Shown: piece by piece, positions 30,125-40,273 of the stretch | Position numbering within the stretch: the stretch's first letter is position 1 | How the letters are laid out: the number at the start of each line of letters is the position of its first letter | NCBI GenBank assembly: GCA_944326265.1 | Contig: CALVDE010000005.1 | Coordinates: 28,729-92,728, forward strand | Source: an uncultured Bacteroidales bacterium | Lineage (GTDB): Bacteria > Bacteroidota > Bacteroidia > Bacteroidales > UBA932 | Direction: 5' to 3' | Length of the DNA stretch: 64,000 nucleotides | Notes under the pieces: generated by a model | The model's input: the letters and a program-made list of their open reading frames with translations, nothing else | What the model was told of the DNA's origin: nothing | Databases searched by the model: none | Position numbers and translations under genes: made by a program

Positions 30125-30400
30125 TTACTCTCCCAGTGTCTCCTGCTGAGGCTGAGGCTGGGGTTTCTCATTGCCTACGGCCACATTGATGGTGCGGCCC
30201 ATGTATTCGGTTCCGTTAAGGGCTTCAATGGCTTTCATTCCTTCTTCTTCGGACATCTCGACGAAGCCGTAGCCTCTGGATCTTCTGGTTTCTTTATTGA
30301 CAATGATTCTGGCTGACGATACTTCACCGTAGGGAGCGAAAAGTGATGCGAGATCGTCTTTTCTGACTCTGTAGTTTAAGTTGGAAACAAAGATATTCAT
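30125..30400 (-). CDS. RNA-binding protein (RRM / RNP-1 type)
   Basis: MNIFVSNLNYRVRKDDL (RNP-2) and RGYGFVEM (RNP-1). Confidence 0.9.
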   Translation of the reverse strand: MNIFVSNLNYRVRKDDLASLFAPYGEVSSARIIVNKETRRSRGYGFVEMSEEEGMKAIEALNGTEYMGRTINVAVGNEKPQPQPQQETLGE

Positions 30401-30474
30401 GTGTGCAGTTTGGTTATATTTTCGGCAAATATAGCCAAATTAATCATTGTCCCAAACAAAATCCTTTAAAACTG

Positions 30475-31914
30475 CTATTCGTGCCCGTAGCTGCTTCCGT
30501 CAAAGCAGTGCGTGCATATCATGTCCTTCGGCAGTCCGATGGAGGCTACGAGGTTGTCCAGCGTGTTGAATTTCAGAGAGGCGACATTGACCTCATTGCG
30601 TATGTACTCCACCATTGCGGCATATTCCGCAGTGTCGTTCCTCACATATTTTCCCAGATTCTTGTCGTGCGCGCCCTCGTTCCTGAGAATGAAGCGGCGC
30701 GAGATGAGCTCGAGTGGCGTCCTTGACTCGGAGAAGTTGAGGAATTCGCATGGATATATCAGCGGAGGGCAGCTTATGCGCACATGCACTTCCTTTGCAC
30801 CGTATTCGTAAAGGTTGCGGACATTGTTGCGCAGCTGAGTGCCTCTGACTATGGAGTCGTCGCAGAAGACCGGCCTGTGGTTGCGGAGTATGTCTCCGTT
30901 GGGGATGAGCTTCATCTTGGCCACCAGATTCCTTCTTTCCTGACTTGTCGGGGTGAAGCTCCGCGGCCATGTCGGCGTATACTTGACATATCCGTTGCGG
31001 AATGGAACTCCCTTGCCGTCGGAATAGCCTATGGCCATACAGGTGCCGGAGTCCGGAATCGAGCACACGGTGTCCATGTCCGAGTCATCCTCCTTGGCCA
31101 GTTTGTAACCGAGGTGGTAACGTACCTCGTCCACGTTTATGCCCTCATAGGAACTTGCGGGATATCCGTAGTAAATCCACAGGAAGGAACATATCTGCAT
31201 CTTCTTTCCAGGTTTCACGATCTGTTCCAGATCAGTGGCTGTCATCCTGACTGCCTCGCCCGGTCCCAGGATATATTCCTCCTTGTATCCGAGATTGGGA
31301 AAGGCGCAGGTCTCCGATGCTACTGCATGGGCGTATTCTTTCTCTCCGTTCTCGTCCACTGCGTTTTTCTTGCCGATTACCAGGGGGGTCCTGCCGTACT
31401 GGTCCCTGCAGGCTATCAGGCAGTCCTCGGTGAGTATCAGGAACGAGCAGGAGCCCTTTATCTTGCTGTGTACGGATTTGATGCCTTCCTCGAAAGAAGG
31501 AGAGCATGTGATTATCTGGGCGATGAGTTCAGTGGGATTGGTCTTTCCGGAGCTGAGTTCGGTAAAGTTCTTGTTCTGCGAGAGCATCTCTTTCTCAAGA
31601 GCTGCGATGTTGCAGATCTTTCCGACTGTGACAATCGCGAACCGTCCAAGGTGTGAGTTGACGACAATCGGCTGTGCGTCGGTGTCGCTGATTACACCGA
31701 TGCCTAGATTTCCGGTGTATTTGACCAGATCGTCCTCAAATTTGACTCTGAAATAGGAGTTTTCCAGGGAGTGTATGTCCCTGGCGAAGATTCCGTCTCC
31801 ATTGTAGACGGCCATACCGCCCCTGCGGGTTCCGAGATGCGAGTGGTAGTCCACTCCGTAAAAAAGGTCATTTCTGCATTTTTTTGTGGAGATTACTCCA
31901 AAAATTCCTCCCAT
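30475..31914 (-). CDS. Amidophosphoribosyltransferase-like class II glutamine amidotransferase
   Basis: The N-terminus MGGIFGV (Ntn Cys replaced or offset), a PRTase-type loop ...FCDDSIVRGTQL, and a C-terminal Cys cluster. Confidence 0.75.
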   Translation of the reverse strand: MGGIFGVISTKKCRNDLFYGVDYHSHLGTRRGGMAVYNGDGIFARDIHSLENSYFRVKFEDDLVKYTGNLGIGVISDTDAQPIVVNSHLGRFAIVTVGKICNIAALEKEMLSQNKNFTELSSGKTNPTELIAQIITCSPSFEEGIKSVHSKIKGSCSFLILTEDCLIACRDQYGRTPLVIGKKNAVDENGEKEYAHAVASETCAFPNLGYKEEYILGPGEAVRMTATDLEQIVKPGKKMQICSFLWIYYGYPASSYEGINVDEVRYHLGYKLAKEDDSDMDTVCSIPDSGTCMAIGYSDGKGVPFRNGYVKYTPTWPRSFTPTSQERRNLVAKMKLIPNGDILRNHRPVFCDDSIVRGTQLRNNVRNLYEYGAKEVHVRISCPPLIYPCEFLNFSESRTPLELISRRFILRNEGAHDKNLGKYVRNDTAEYAAMVEYIRNEVNVASLKFNTLDNLVASIGLPKDMICTHCFDGSSYGHE

Positions 31915-31998
31915 AAGCCTGTAGTGTTAATTTGACGGCAAAGATAGCTGTGTTTTTAAAAGTATCCCCAAAAAAATTTACACTTTTTTACAACCGCT

Positions 31999-33372
31999 TT
32001 ATAACTCGCTGATAGTGGTGTTTATGCGGATGAAAATTTCGATGGTCAGGGACAGAAGGCGTTCTGCGGCCTGTCCGGTAAATCCTGGCAGGAGCATGGC
32101 CGCCGGAATGAGCAGCATGGCTGCGCTTACTAACGGAGAGCACAGCAGATTGGCGGTCAGGGAGAAGAAAGCGAATGTTCCGAAATGCAGGAATATGATC
32201 GGTGCAGTGGTTATCTGACAGGCCACGGTCATGGCGCATACGTCCCTGAATTGACGGGCAATGCGGTTCCCGGCCGGTACGATGTCCCTCAGGTGCGGGT
32301 ATATCAGGAATATCGCCGTCATCGCCGCGTAGGAGAGCTGAAAACTTAGTCCGGAGGGTGCTGCCGGATCAACTGATGTTATAATCAGTGCGCTCATGGC
32401 CAGGGAACTTACGCCGCACCGTTTCCTGCCGGCCAGGATTCCGGCCTCGTAGATGGTGAACATGACGGCAGCCCGGAGTATGGATACTCCGCATCCGGTG
32501 AAGATGGTGAATGCCCACAGTATCGCCATTATGATTACGGACTTGAGCTTTTTAGCCGCAGCCGATCCTCCTGCGACTGACAACAGGCCGGACAGCAGAC
32601 CGTACAGCAGGCCGAGGTGCATCCCTGACAGTGCGAGAAGATGAATGGCCCCGCTCTGCCGGAAACTCTCTTCTATCTCATCCGGAATCTCATCCTGATA
32701 TCCGTATGCCAGGGCCTTGATTACGGCCCGTGTGACGGCTGCTTCCTCAGACGGCATGGCACGGTCAACGGCGGTGGAGAACCGTTGCCGCATCCTCGCC
32801 GGAAGCAGTCTGACCGGCGGTCTGCTGCATTCTCTGATGACCATGCGGCAGTCATTGGAGAAAAGACAGGTGTAGAAGATGCCTCTTTCCTCCATATAGA
32901 GGCGGTAGTCGAATCCGTCAGAAAAATTCCTTACCCTTGTGCACCGGACCACTGCAGTCACCGTGTCTCCGGGCCTCCAGTCTGTCCCGGCAGGGATATT
33001 ATATATAATGGTGTTCTCGGATTCTGTCTCAATCTCCAGGAACGGCCTGCCGGATGAGGATATTCCGCCGTCGGTGATGATGCCGCTAATGGCAAGGCGG
33101 TCGGCTTCGCGGAGGGCAGAACTCTCTATTCCCGGGCGGAGTGCGGTGTGGATAGCCGAACCGGCGGCCCCGAGAGCCGGGAATGCCAGCAGATAAGCCA
33201 TGCATGACCGTCTGCCTGCCGTCAGTGCGGCCAGCAGGAGCACCGTACAGGCAAGCACTGTCAGCCCGGCCGCTGTGTCCGGACTGGACGCGCCTGCGCA
33301 GATGTATGCAGCTGAAAGATTGCCGGCCGTGAACAGCAGCGCGGCACTGAAAAGATACGTCTCCCCCCTCAT
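31999..33372 (-). CDS. comEC: ComEC/Rec2 family competence protein (channel domain)
   Basis: A polytopic membrane protein with SGAIHLLALSGMHLGLL, the ComEC signature. Confidence 0.8.
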   Translation of the reverse strand: MRGETYLFSAALLFTAGNLSAAYICAGASSPDTAAGLTVLACTVLLLAALTAGRRSCMAYLLAFPALGAAGSAIHTALRPGIESSALREADRLAISGIITDGGISSSGRPFLEIETESENTIIYNIPAGTDWRPGDTVTAVVRCTRVRNFSDGFDYRLYMEERGIFYTCLFSNDCRMVIRECSRPPVRLLPARMRQRFSTAVDRAMPSEEAAVTRAVIKALAYGYQDEIPDEIEESFRQSGAIHLLALSGMHLGLLYGLLSGLLSVAGGSAAAKKLKSVIIMAILWAFTIFTGCGVSILRAAVMFTIYEAGILAGRKRCGVSSLAMSALIITSVDPAAPSGLSFQLSYAAMTAIFLIYPHLRDIVPAGNRIARQFRDVCAMTVACQITTAPIIFLHFGTFAFFSLTANLLCSPLVSAAMLLIPAAMLLPGFTGQAAERLLSLTIEIFIRINTTISEL

Positions 33373-33495
33373 GCTTTCTGCTCTTTTTCCGTTATTCGGT
33401 TAATTTGACGGCAAGGTAACAAATGTTTATGGAAATTCCTATTTTATGTATAACTTTGCAAGATTGTTGGAACATTTTAAACGAAGGAAATTATT

Positions 33496-34704
33496 ATGAT
33501 TGTATTGGTAATCAACTGCGGAAGCTCATCGCTGAAGTATCAGGTCCTCGACATGAGGAATGACAATGACTATTCTCTTCTGGCCAAAGGCCTGGTGGAA
33601 AGGATCGGTCTTGAAATGGGGGAGATCACCCACCGTCCTGCCGGTAAGGACAAATTCGTGATATCCAAGCCGGTCCCTGATCATACAGAGGGCATAAAGT
33701 CAGTTCTCGGGCTTCTTACGGATCCGGAGCATGGTGTGCTGAGCTCACTCGAACAGATCGAGGCTGTAGGACACAGGGTTGCGCATGGCGGAGAGCTCTT
33801 CCCTGAATCGTGCGTAGTGGATGACAAGGTCATGGAAGGCATCGAGAGCCTCTGCGAACTGGCCCCGCTTCATAATCCGGCCAATCTGCTCGGTATCCGT
33901 GCTGTCAAGAAGCTATTGCCGGCGGTTCCTCAGGTGGCGGTTTTCGATACATCTTTCCATCAGACCATGCCTGACTACGCCTATATGTACGCAATTCCCT
34001 ACGAGTGCTACGAGAAGTACCGCGTGCGCCGTTACGGTTTCCACGGTACCAGTCACAAGTTCGTGGCACAGAAGGCATGTGACTTCCTTGGAATGGATAT
34101 CAATGATTCTAAGATAGTGACCTGTCATCTCGGTAACGGCGGCTCGGTGACTGCTGTGCTCAACGGAAAGTCGGTGGATACATCGATGGGATTCACCCCG
34201 GTGGAGGGTGTGGTTATGGGTACGCGGTGCGGCAATATCGATGCCGGTGCGGTGACCTGGCTGCAGGAAAAGCTCGGGCTTGATGTGGAAGGCATAACCA
34301 AATTGCTCAATAAGAAAAGCGGTTTTCTCGGAGTTTCCGGTGTGTCGTCGGACTGCCGCGACATAGTCAGTGCCTGTGAGAACGGCAATTATCGTGCCGG
34401 CTTGTCACTCAATATGTTCTACCACAGTGTGCGCAAGTATATCGGTGCTTACAGTGCCGTGATGGGTGGCCTGGATGTCATCGTATTCACCGGTGGAATA
34501 GGAGAGAATGACTGTGATGCACGCAAGGAGATATGCTCCACTCTGGGCTTCCTCGGAGTTGAGTTCGACGAGTCGGCCAATGACGGTGTGCGCGGAGAGG
34601 ACAAGCTCATATCCACGGCATCATCCAAAGTCAGGGTGCTGACGCTTTCCACCAACGAGGAACTTGTCATAGCACGTGACACCATGAATCTTACACGCAA
34701 ATAA
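33496..34704 (+). CDS. ackA: Acetate kinase
   Basis: MIVLVINCGSSSLKYQV...RRYGFHGTSH...GGIGEN. Confidence 0.95.
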   Translation: MIVLVINCGSSSLKYQVLDMRNDNDYSLLAKGLVERIGLEMGEITHRPAGKDKFVISKPVPDHTEGIKSVLGLLTDPEHGVLSSLEQIEAVGHRVAHGGELFPESCVVDDKVMEGIESLCELAPLHNPANLLGIRAVKKLLPAVPQVAVFDTSFHQTMPDYAYMYAIPYECYEKYRVRRYGFHGTSHKFVAQKACDFLGMDINDSKIVTCHLGNGGSVTAVLNGKSVDTSMGFTPVEGVVMGTRCGNIDAGAVTWLQEKLGLDVEGITKLLNKKSGFLGVSGVSSDCRDIVSACENGNYRAGLSLNMFYHSVRKYIGAYSAVMGGLDVIVFTGGIGENDCDARKEICSTLGFLGVEFDESANDGVRGEDKLISTASSKVRVLTLSTNEELVIARDTMNLTRK

Positions 34705-34730
34705 TAATAGAATCTCAACCTTATAAAGTC

Positions 34731-35636
34731 ATGATTACAAATTTTGAACAGATTTACGAACTTCTTCGTTCGAAGACCAGAAAGCGTCTGATCGCGGCGT
34801 GGGCCGTGGATGACCACACTATCACAGCAGCCTACAAGGCAGTGCAGCTCGGTATCGTGGATGCCACTCTCGTAGGCGATGTGAACATGATCAAGAAAGT
34901 GTGCGAGGCCGAGAAGATCGACCCCACCGTGTTCACTATCATCAACAATGACAATGAGCTGGCTTCCATCGCACAGGCAGTCCTCATGGTCCGCGAGGGA
35001 CAGGGCGACATCCTGATGAAGGGTCTCTGCTCCACCGACAAGTACATGAGGGGCATTCTCAACAAGGAAAAAGGTCTGCTTCCTCCCAAGGCCGTCCTCA
35101 GCCATGTGTGCGTGCTGTCCAATCCCAATTACCATAAGCTCGTGGTCCTCGGTGACATGGCCGTGATACCTCTTCCTGATCTCAATCAGAAAGTCGCTAT
35201 CGTAAAATATCTGGTCAATACTGCCAAGGCTCTTCAGATCGAGAAACCGAAGGTTGCCCTGCTCGCAGCTACCGAGCAGATGCTTCCCGGTATGCAGGCC
35301 TGTGTGGATGCAGCCATCATCTCCAAGATGATTGACCGAGGACAGATTCCCGGATGCGTAGGCGACGGTCCTCTCGCCCTCGACGTGGCCATCTCCAAGG
35401 AGGCCGTTGAGATCAAGAAGCTCGTCAGCCCCGTAGCCGGCGACGCAGACTGTCTCCTCTTCCCCAACATCGAGTCTGCCAACACATTCTACAAGGTCAA
35501 CTCACAGCTCTGCAAGGGCGTGAAACAGGCTGCCATCGTAGCCGGAGCCATGGCTCCCTGCGTACTTTCCAGCCGTGCCGACAGCATCGAGACCAAGTTG
35601 AACTCCATCGCCCTCGCGGCCTTAACAGCTAAATAG
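34731..35636 (+). CDS. ptb: Phosphate butyryltransferase
   Basis: 301 aa of the PTA_PTB family (...DILMKGLCSTDKYMRGILNKE...). It lies immediately upstream of buk. Confidence 0.88.
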   Translation: MITNFEQIYELLRSKTRKRLIAAWAVDDHTITAAYKAVQLGIVDATLVGDVNMIKKVCEAEKIDPTVFTIINNDNELASIAQAVLMVREGQGDILMKGLCSTDKYMRGILNKEKGLLPPKAVLSHVCVLSNPNYHKLVVLGDMAVIPLPDLNQKVAIVKYLVNTAKALQIEKPKVALLAATEQMLPGMQACVDAAIISKMIDRGQIPGCVGDGPLALDVAISKEAVEIKKLVSPVAGDADCLLFPNIESANTFYKVNSQLCKGVKQAAIVAGAMAPCVLSSRADSIETKLNSIALAALTAK

Positions 35637-35644
35637 TCCGGGGC

Positions 35645-36712
35645 ATGGCGTATATATTGGCTATAAACCCCGGCTCGACATCGACCAAGATATCGCTCTT
35701 TGACGGGGCTAAGGAAGTATTTACCAAGACACTCAGACACTCTGCGGAGGAAATATCGAAGTACGAGAACGTCATCGACCAGTTCAAGTTCCGTGAGGAG
35801 ACTATCGTCAAGGCTCTTGAGGACAATGGCGTAAAGCTTGAGGACATCAAGGTGATAGTGGGCCGCGGCGGTCTGCTCAGACCTATTCCTTCGGGTGTCT
35901 ATGAGGTCAATGAGGCTATGCTGAAGGATCTCAGCTCTGCCTGCTACGGCGAGCACGCCAGCAATCTCGGCGGTATCATAGCCAACGAGCTTGCTTCCAG
36001 AATCAAGGGTTGCAAGGCGTATATCGCCGACCCTGTGGTGGTGGACGAGCTCTGCGACGTGGCGCGTATCGGCGGTCATCCCATGTTCCCCAGGATATCC
36101 ATCTTCCATGCCCTGAACCATAAGGCCATTGCGAAGATGTATGCCCGTGAGATAGGAAAGGAGTACGGTGATCTCAACCTGGTCGTAGTCCATATGGGCG
36201 GCGGCGTGTCCGTTGCGGCTCACAGCAAGGGCAAGGTGGTGGACGTGAACAACGCCCTCTACGGAGAAGGTCCTTTCAGCCCCGAGCGTACAGGCGGTAT
36301 CGCGGCCATGCAGCTGGCCGATGCCTGCTACAGCGGCAAATATACGCTGGCCGAGATGAAGAAGATCATCTCCGGCAAAGGCGGTGTGGTGGCCCACCTC
36401 GGTACCAATTCCTTCAAGGAGGTCGAGGACCGCGTGGCGGCAGGTGACAAGGAAGCCAAGCTCATAGCCGACGCATTCATATACAACGTGGCCAAGGCTA
36501 TCGGCGGTATGGCAGCGGCCCTTTCCGGAAAAGTGGACGCCATCCTGCTTACGGGTGGCATCGCTTACGGCAAGGAGATGATGCAGCAGCTGGCCGACAT
36601 GGTGTCGTTCATCGCTCCGGTGAAGGTATATCCCGGAGAGGATGAGATGGCTGCGCTTGCCGGCAATGCCCTCGCCGTGATGGAAGGACGCGAGGAAGTC
36701 AAGACATACTAA
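35645..36712 (+). CDS. buk: Butyrate kinase
   Basis: MAYILAINPGSTSTKISLFDG...HASNLGGIIA...VVHMGGGVSV. Confidence 0.95.
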   Translation: MAYILAINPGSTSTKISLFDGAKEVFTKTLRHSAEEISKYENVIDQFKFREETIVKALEDNGVKLEDIKVIVGRGGLLRPIPSGVYEVNEAMLKDLSSACYGEHASNLGGIIANELASRIKGCKAYIADPVVVDELCDVARIGGHPMFPRISIFHALNHKAIAKMYAREIGKEYGDLNLVVVHMGGGVSVAAHSKGKVVDVNNALYGEGPFSPERTGGIAAMQLADACYSGKYTLAEMKKIISGKGGVVAHLGTNSFKEVEDRVAAGDKEAKLIADAFIYNVAKAIGGMAAALSGKVDAILLTGGIAYGKEMMQQLADMVSFIAPVKVYPGEDEMAALAGNALAVMEGREEVKTY

Positions 36713-38154
36713 GCTCTTCCGGGGCGCATCTTCCGGGCCCTTATAAGGAAGAATATAAACAGACCTAAGGCAGCGGCTGTTCCTGTCAGGTAACTTACAG
36801 TTGCCGGCAAGAACAGCCCTCCTACATTATAGGGGGCTATCATGAAGTAGCATACGCAGACAAATGTCAGGAAGGTGGCCGGAATGGACATGATAAGGTG
36901 GTTCTTGCGGTTGTGAACCAAATAGGCCGCTGCAGTCCACAGCACGACTGTGGCCAGTACCTGGTTGCCTATGCCGACGTATTTCCAGATGGTGGAGAAA
37001 TCCACCTTGCAGAGGATAAATGCCACTACGAAGATGGGAACAGCTACGATGAGGCGGTTGCGCATGGGTTTCTGGTTGAACTTCAGTGCGTCGCCGATGG
37101 TGAGTCTCAGGCTGCGGAACGCAGTGTCGCCGGAGGTGATGGGGCATACGACTACGCCGAGAATCGCTATGACGGCTCCGACCTGACCCAGCCACGACTG
37201 GCAGATCTCGTCTACCATGATGGCCGGAGTCTTGCCCGCGTCGGCCGCAGCGTTGAGGCCCTCTGGCCCTCCGAAGTAGGCTATGGCGGCAGTGGCCCAT
37301 ACCATGGCCACTATGCCTTCGGCTATCATCGCTCCGTAGAATATGGGCCTGCCGTATTTCTCGTCAGTGATGCAGCGGGCCATGATGGGACTCTGGGTGG
37401 AGTGGAAGCCTGAGATGGCTCCGCACGAGATGACTACGAAGAGCATCGGGATGAGGATGTTGGTCTCCGGGTTGGTGTGGAAGTTCCGGAAACTGTCCGC
37501 TGTCAGCTCAGTCAGCTGCAGGTCGCCGGATAATCCTTTTACGAGCAGGGCTCCGGCTATGGCTATGGCCATGAAGAGCAGGACGGCTCCGAATATCGGA
37601 TAGAGCTTGCCGATTATCTTGTCCACCGGAAGCAGGGTTGCCACTATATAGTATGCGAATACGATGTAGAGCCAGATGCGCTTGTCCCAGCCTGTGAGGG
37701 TGTGCAGCAGGTCTGCCGGGCCTGTGACGAATGAGACTCCGACGGCAATCAGTATGAAGGCAGAGAAGATCACCAGAAACTTCCTGATACCAGAACCGAG
37801 GTATTTGCCGACCATGTCCGGCAGGCTCATGCCGTCATTGCGTACCGAGAGCATGCCTGAGAAGAAGTCGTGCGCCGCTCCCATGAATATACAGCCTACG
37901 ACTATCCAGATGTAGGCCACTGGACCGTATGCCGCGCCGAGTATGGCTCCGAAGATGGGACCGAGGCCGGCTATGTTGAGGAACTGTATGATGAAGATCC
38001 TCCAGGGCTTCATCTCCTGGTAGTCCACGCCGTCGGCCAGGCGTTTGGCCGGGGTGGGACGGTCGGAGGAGACCCCGAAGAATTTTTCAACGAATTTCCC
38101 GTAGGTGAAGTAACCTATTACTAGGGCTGCGAGACAGGCGGTAAATGTAATCAT
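36709..38154 (-). CDS. cstA: Carbon starvation protein A (peptide/pyruvate transporter family)
   Basis: MITFTACLAALVIGYFTYGKFVEKFFG...FLNIAGLGPIFGAILGA. The ATG at 38154 is preferred over the extended ORF. Confidence 0.9.
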   Translation of the reverse strand: MITFTACLAALVIGYFTYGKFVEKFFGVSSDRPTPAKRLADGVDYQEMKPWRIFIIQFLNIAGLGPIFGAILGAAYGPVAYIWIVVGCIFMGAAHDFFSGMLSVRNDGMSLPDMVGKYLGSGIRKFLVIFSAFILIAVGVSFVTGPADLLHTLTGWDKRIWLYIVFAYYIVATLLPVDKIIGKLYPIFGAVLLFMAIAIAGALLVKGLSGDLQLTELTADSFRNFHTNPETNILIPMLFVVISCGAISGFHSTQSPIMARCITDEKYGRPIFYGAMIAEGIVAMVWATAAIAYFGGPEGLNAAADAGKTPAIMVDEICQSWLGQVGAVIAILGVVVCPITSGDTAFRSLRLTIGDALKFNQKPMRNRLIVAVPIFVVAFILCKVDFSTIWKYVGIGNQVLATVVLWTAAAYLVHNRKNHLIMSIPATFLTFVCVCYFMIAPYNVGGLFLPATVSYLTGTAAALGLFIFFLIRARKMRPGRA

Positions 38155-38242
38155 CGGTTTGAGGTTCTGCGGTTTGAAATCGATGAGCAAATTTATGACT
38201 TTCTTCTGGAAAATGTTAGCGGGATTTGTGTAATTTTGCGGC

Positions 38243-39601
38243 ATGAATGCAAGAGTTCCTACCGAGCTGGGGACTGAGAGAATCCCCAAACTTCTTAAGC
38301 AGTACGCTATTCCGGCGATCATCGCCATGACCGCCTCCTCGCTCTACAATATGGTCGACGCTATCTTCATCGGCCACGGTGTAGGGCCATACGCCATCTC
38401 CGGACTGGCTCTTACCTTCCCCTTCATGAACCTCGCGGCGGCCTTCGGCACACTTGTCGGAGTAGGTGCATCGACCATGGCCTCCATGCTCCTCGGACAG
38501 AAGAACTACGATGTCGCGAAGAAGGTGCTGGGCAACGTGGTGGTGCTTAATTTCCTCATCGGCCTGCTCTTTACGATAGTGGCCCTGGCCTTCCTCGACC
38601 CGATACTCTACTTCTTCGGTGCGAGCGAGAACACCATATCATACGCCCGCGAGTACATGCAGATAATCCTGGCCGGCAACGTGATTACCCACATCTACTT
38701 CGGCCTGAATTCCCTGCTCCGCTCCGCCGGACATCCCAAGAAGGCCATGTCGGCGACCATCATGACGGTGCTGCTCAACGCGGCCCTCGACCCCCTGTTC
38801 ATCTTTACCTTCGACATGGGCATCCGGGGTGCGGCAGTGGCCACCATCCTCGCCCAGATAGTGGCGCTGATACTGGTTGTCTACTGGTTCTGCGACAAGC
38901 GGGAGCTGATACACTTCGAGAAAGGTATTTTCAAACTGGACCGCAGGATCGTCAAGGACTCGATAGTCATCGGACTGGCCCCCTTCCTGATGAACTTCGT
39001 GGCCTGCTTCGTGGTCATCATCATCAACATGAGGCTGAAGACCTACGGAGGTGACCTGGCCATCGGAGCCTACGGCATCGTCAACCGTATCTCCTTCGTC
39101 TTCATCATGATAGTCTCCGGTCTGACCCAGGGCATGCAGCCCATCGCCGGCTACAACTACGGTGCGCGGCAGATGTCCCGTGTCTACGAGGTCCTGAAGA
39201 AGACCCTGCTGTACGGTACGGTGGTGCTGACCGCCGGCTTCCTGATCGGCGAGCTCTGCCCCGGACTGGTGGTGTCCATCTTCACCGACGACCCGGAGCT
39301 GAAGGAGAAGTCGATAAAGGGTATGCGCCTGGTGGTCGGCATGTTTCCGCTGGTGTCCCTGTCGATGGTCATCGGTAACTTCTTCCAGAGTATCGGCAAG
39401 CCTAAACAGGCCATTTTTCTGTCTTTGTCCAGGCAGGTGGTCTTCCTGATCCCCTCGTTGTGGATTCTGCCTCTGTTTTTCGACATAGCCGGAGTCTGGG
39501 TCAGTTTCATGGTATCCGACTTCCTGGCCAGTGCCGTTGCTATCATCTTATTGTTGAACTTTATTAAGAAAAACAAAACCCATGAGCAGCTACAGTCATA
39601 A
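38243..39601 (+). CDS. MATE family efflux transporter
   Basis: 12-TM pattern with IPAIIAMTASSLYNMVDAIFIGHGVG. Confidence 0.9.
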   Translation: MNARVPTELGTERIPKLLKQYAIPAIIAMTASSLYNMVDAIFIGHGVGPYAISGLALTFPFMNLAAAFGTLVGVGASTMASMLLGQKNYDVAKKVLGNVVVLNFLIGLLFTIVALAFLDPILYFFGASENTISYAREYMQIILAGNVITHIYFGLNSLLRSAGHPKKAMSATIMTVLLNAALDPLFIFTFDMGIRGAAVATILAQIVALILVVYWFCDKRELIHFEKGIFKLDRRIVKDSIVIGLAPFLMNFVACFVVIIINMRLKTYGGDLAIGAYGIVNRISFVFIMIVSGLTQGMQPIAGYNYGARQMSRVYEVLKKTLLYGTVVLTAGFLIGELCPGLVVSIFTDDPELKEKSIKGMRLVVGMFPLVSLSMVIGNFFQSIGKPKQAIFLSLSRQVVFLIPSLWILPLFFDIAGVWVSFMVSDFLASAVAIILLLNFIKKNKTHEQLQS

Positions 39602-40220
39602 TTTTGCCGTATGCATCGGCCGTCAGCTCGGCAGCGGCGGCCGCAATGTCGCCTTGGCTATATCAAGAAAGATGGGTATCGCTTTCTATGACAAGGAGAT
39701 AATCAATCAGGCCGCCAAGGACAGCGGTCTGGATCCGGAATATTTTGAGAAGGTGGATGAGAAACCCACCATCCCCATTCTCGGCGGCTTTGCCGGAGTG
39801 CATATCCCGTTTTTCTCAGGCGGATATCTCGATACCGAGAGTTATCTGGGTAACAACAATCTCTTTAAGATTCAGAGCCGGACCATCGAGATGCTGGCTG
39901 ACAAGGGACCTGGTGTTTTTGTGGGCCGCTGCGCAGACTATATCCTGCGGGACCGTCCGCGTACATTGTCGGTGTTTATAACAGCAGCGATGGAGGACCG
40001 CATAGAACGTCTGTCGAAGCTGTTGTCCATCGCCCCGGAGGAGGCCGAGGCGCAGATCAAGGAGTGCGACCGCAAGCGTGCAGAGTACTACAACTATTTT
40101 ACTTTCAAGAAGTGGGGAGACTCAGCCTCATACGACATGTGTCTGAGCACCTCCCTCTTCGGCGAGGAGGAGACCGCCGACCGCATCGTCGCCATCGTCC
40201 GCGACAAGATCCTTAAATGA
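39582..40220 (+). CDS. Cytidylate kinase-like family protein
   Basis: IGRQLGSGGRNVALAISRKMGIAFYDKEIINQAAKD. Confidence 0.75.
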   Translation: MSSYSHNFAVCIGRQLGSGGRNVALAISRKMGIAFYDKEIINQAAKDSGLDPEYFEKVDEKPTIPILGGFAGVHIPFFSGGYLDTESYLGNNNLFKIQSRTIEMLADKGPGVFVGRCADYILRDRPRTLSVFITAAMEDRIERLSKLLSIAPEEAEAQIKECDRKRAEYYNYFTFKKWGDSASYDMCLSTSLFGEEETADRIVAIVRDKILK

Positions 40221-40273
40221 AATAATAGAATACATAAGGCAGTATATTCCTCTAAGATGCTTTTAGTGTCGGT

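Noticed and set aside
31926-31941. Identical 16-mer GTTAATTTGACGGCAA upstream of both the purF-like gene (31926-31941) and comEC (33399-33414)
   Set aside because: On the coding (minus) strand it reads TTGCCGTCAAATTAAC and directly abuts or overlaps the TAnnTTTG -7 box. Similar TTTGCCGTC or TTTGTCCGAC sequences follow the -7 boxes of tRNA-Lys and rfbD. It is best explained as an extended promoter/initial-transcribed consensus, not a mobile repeat.
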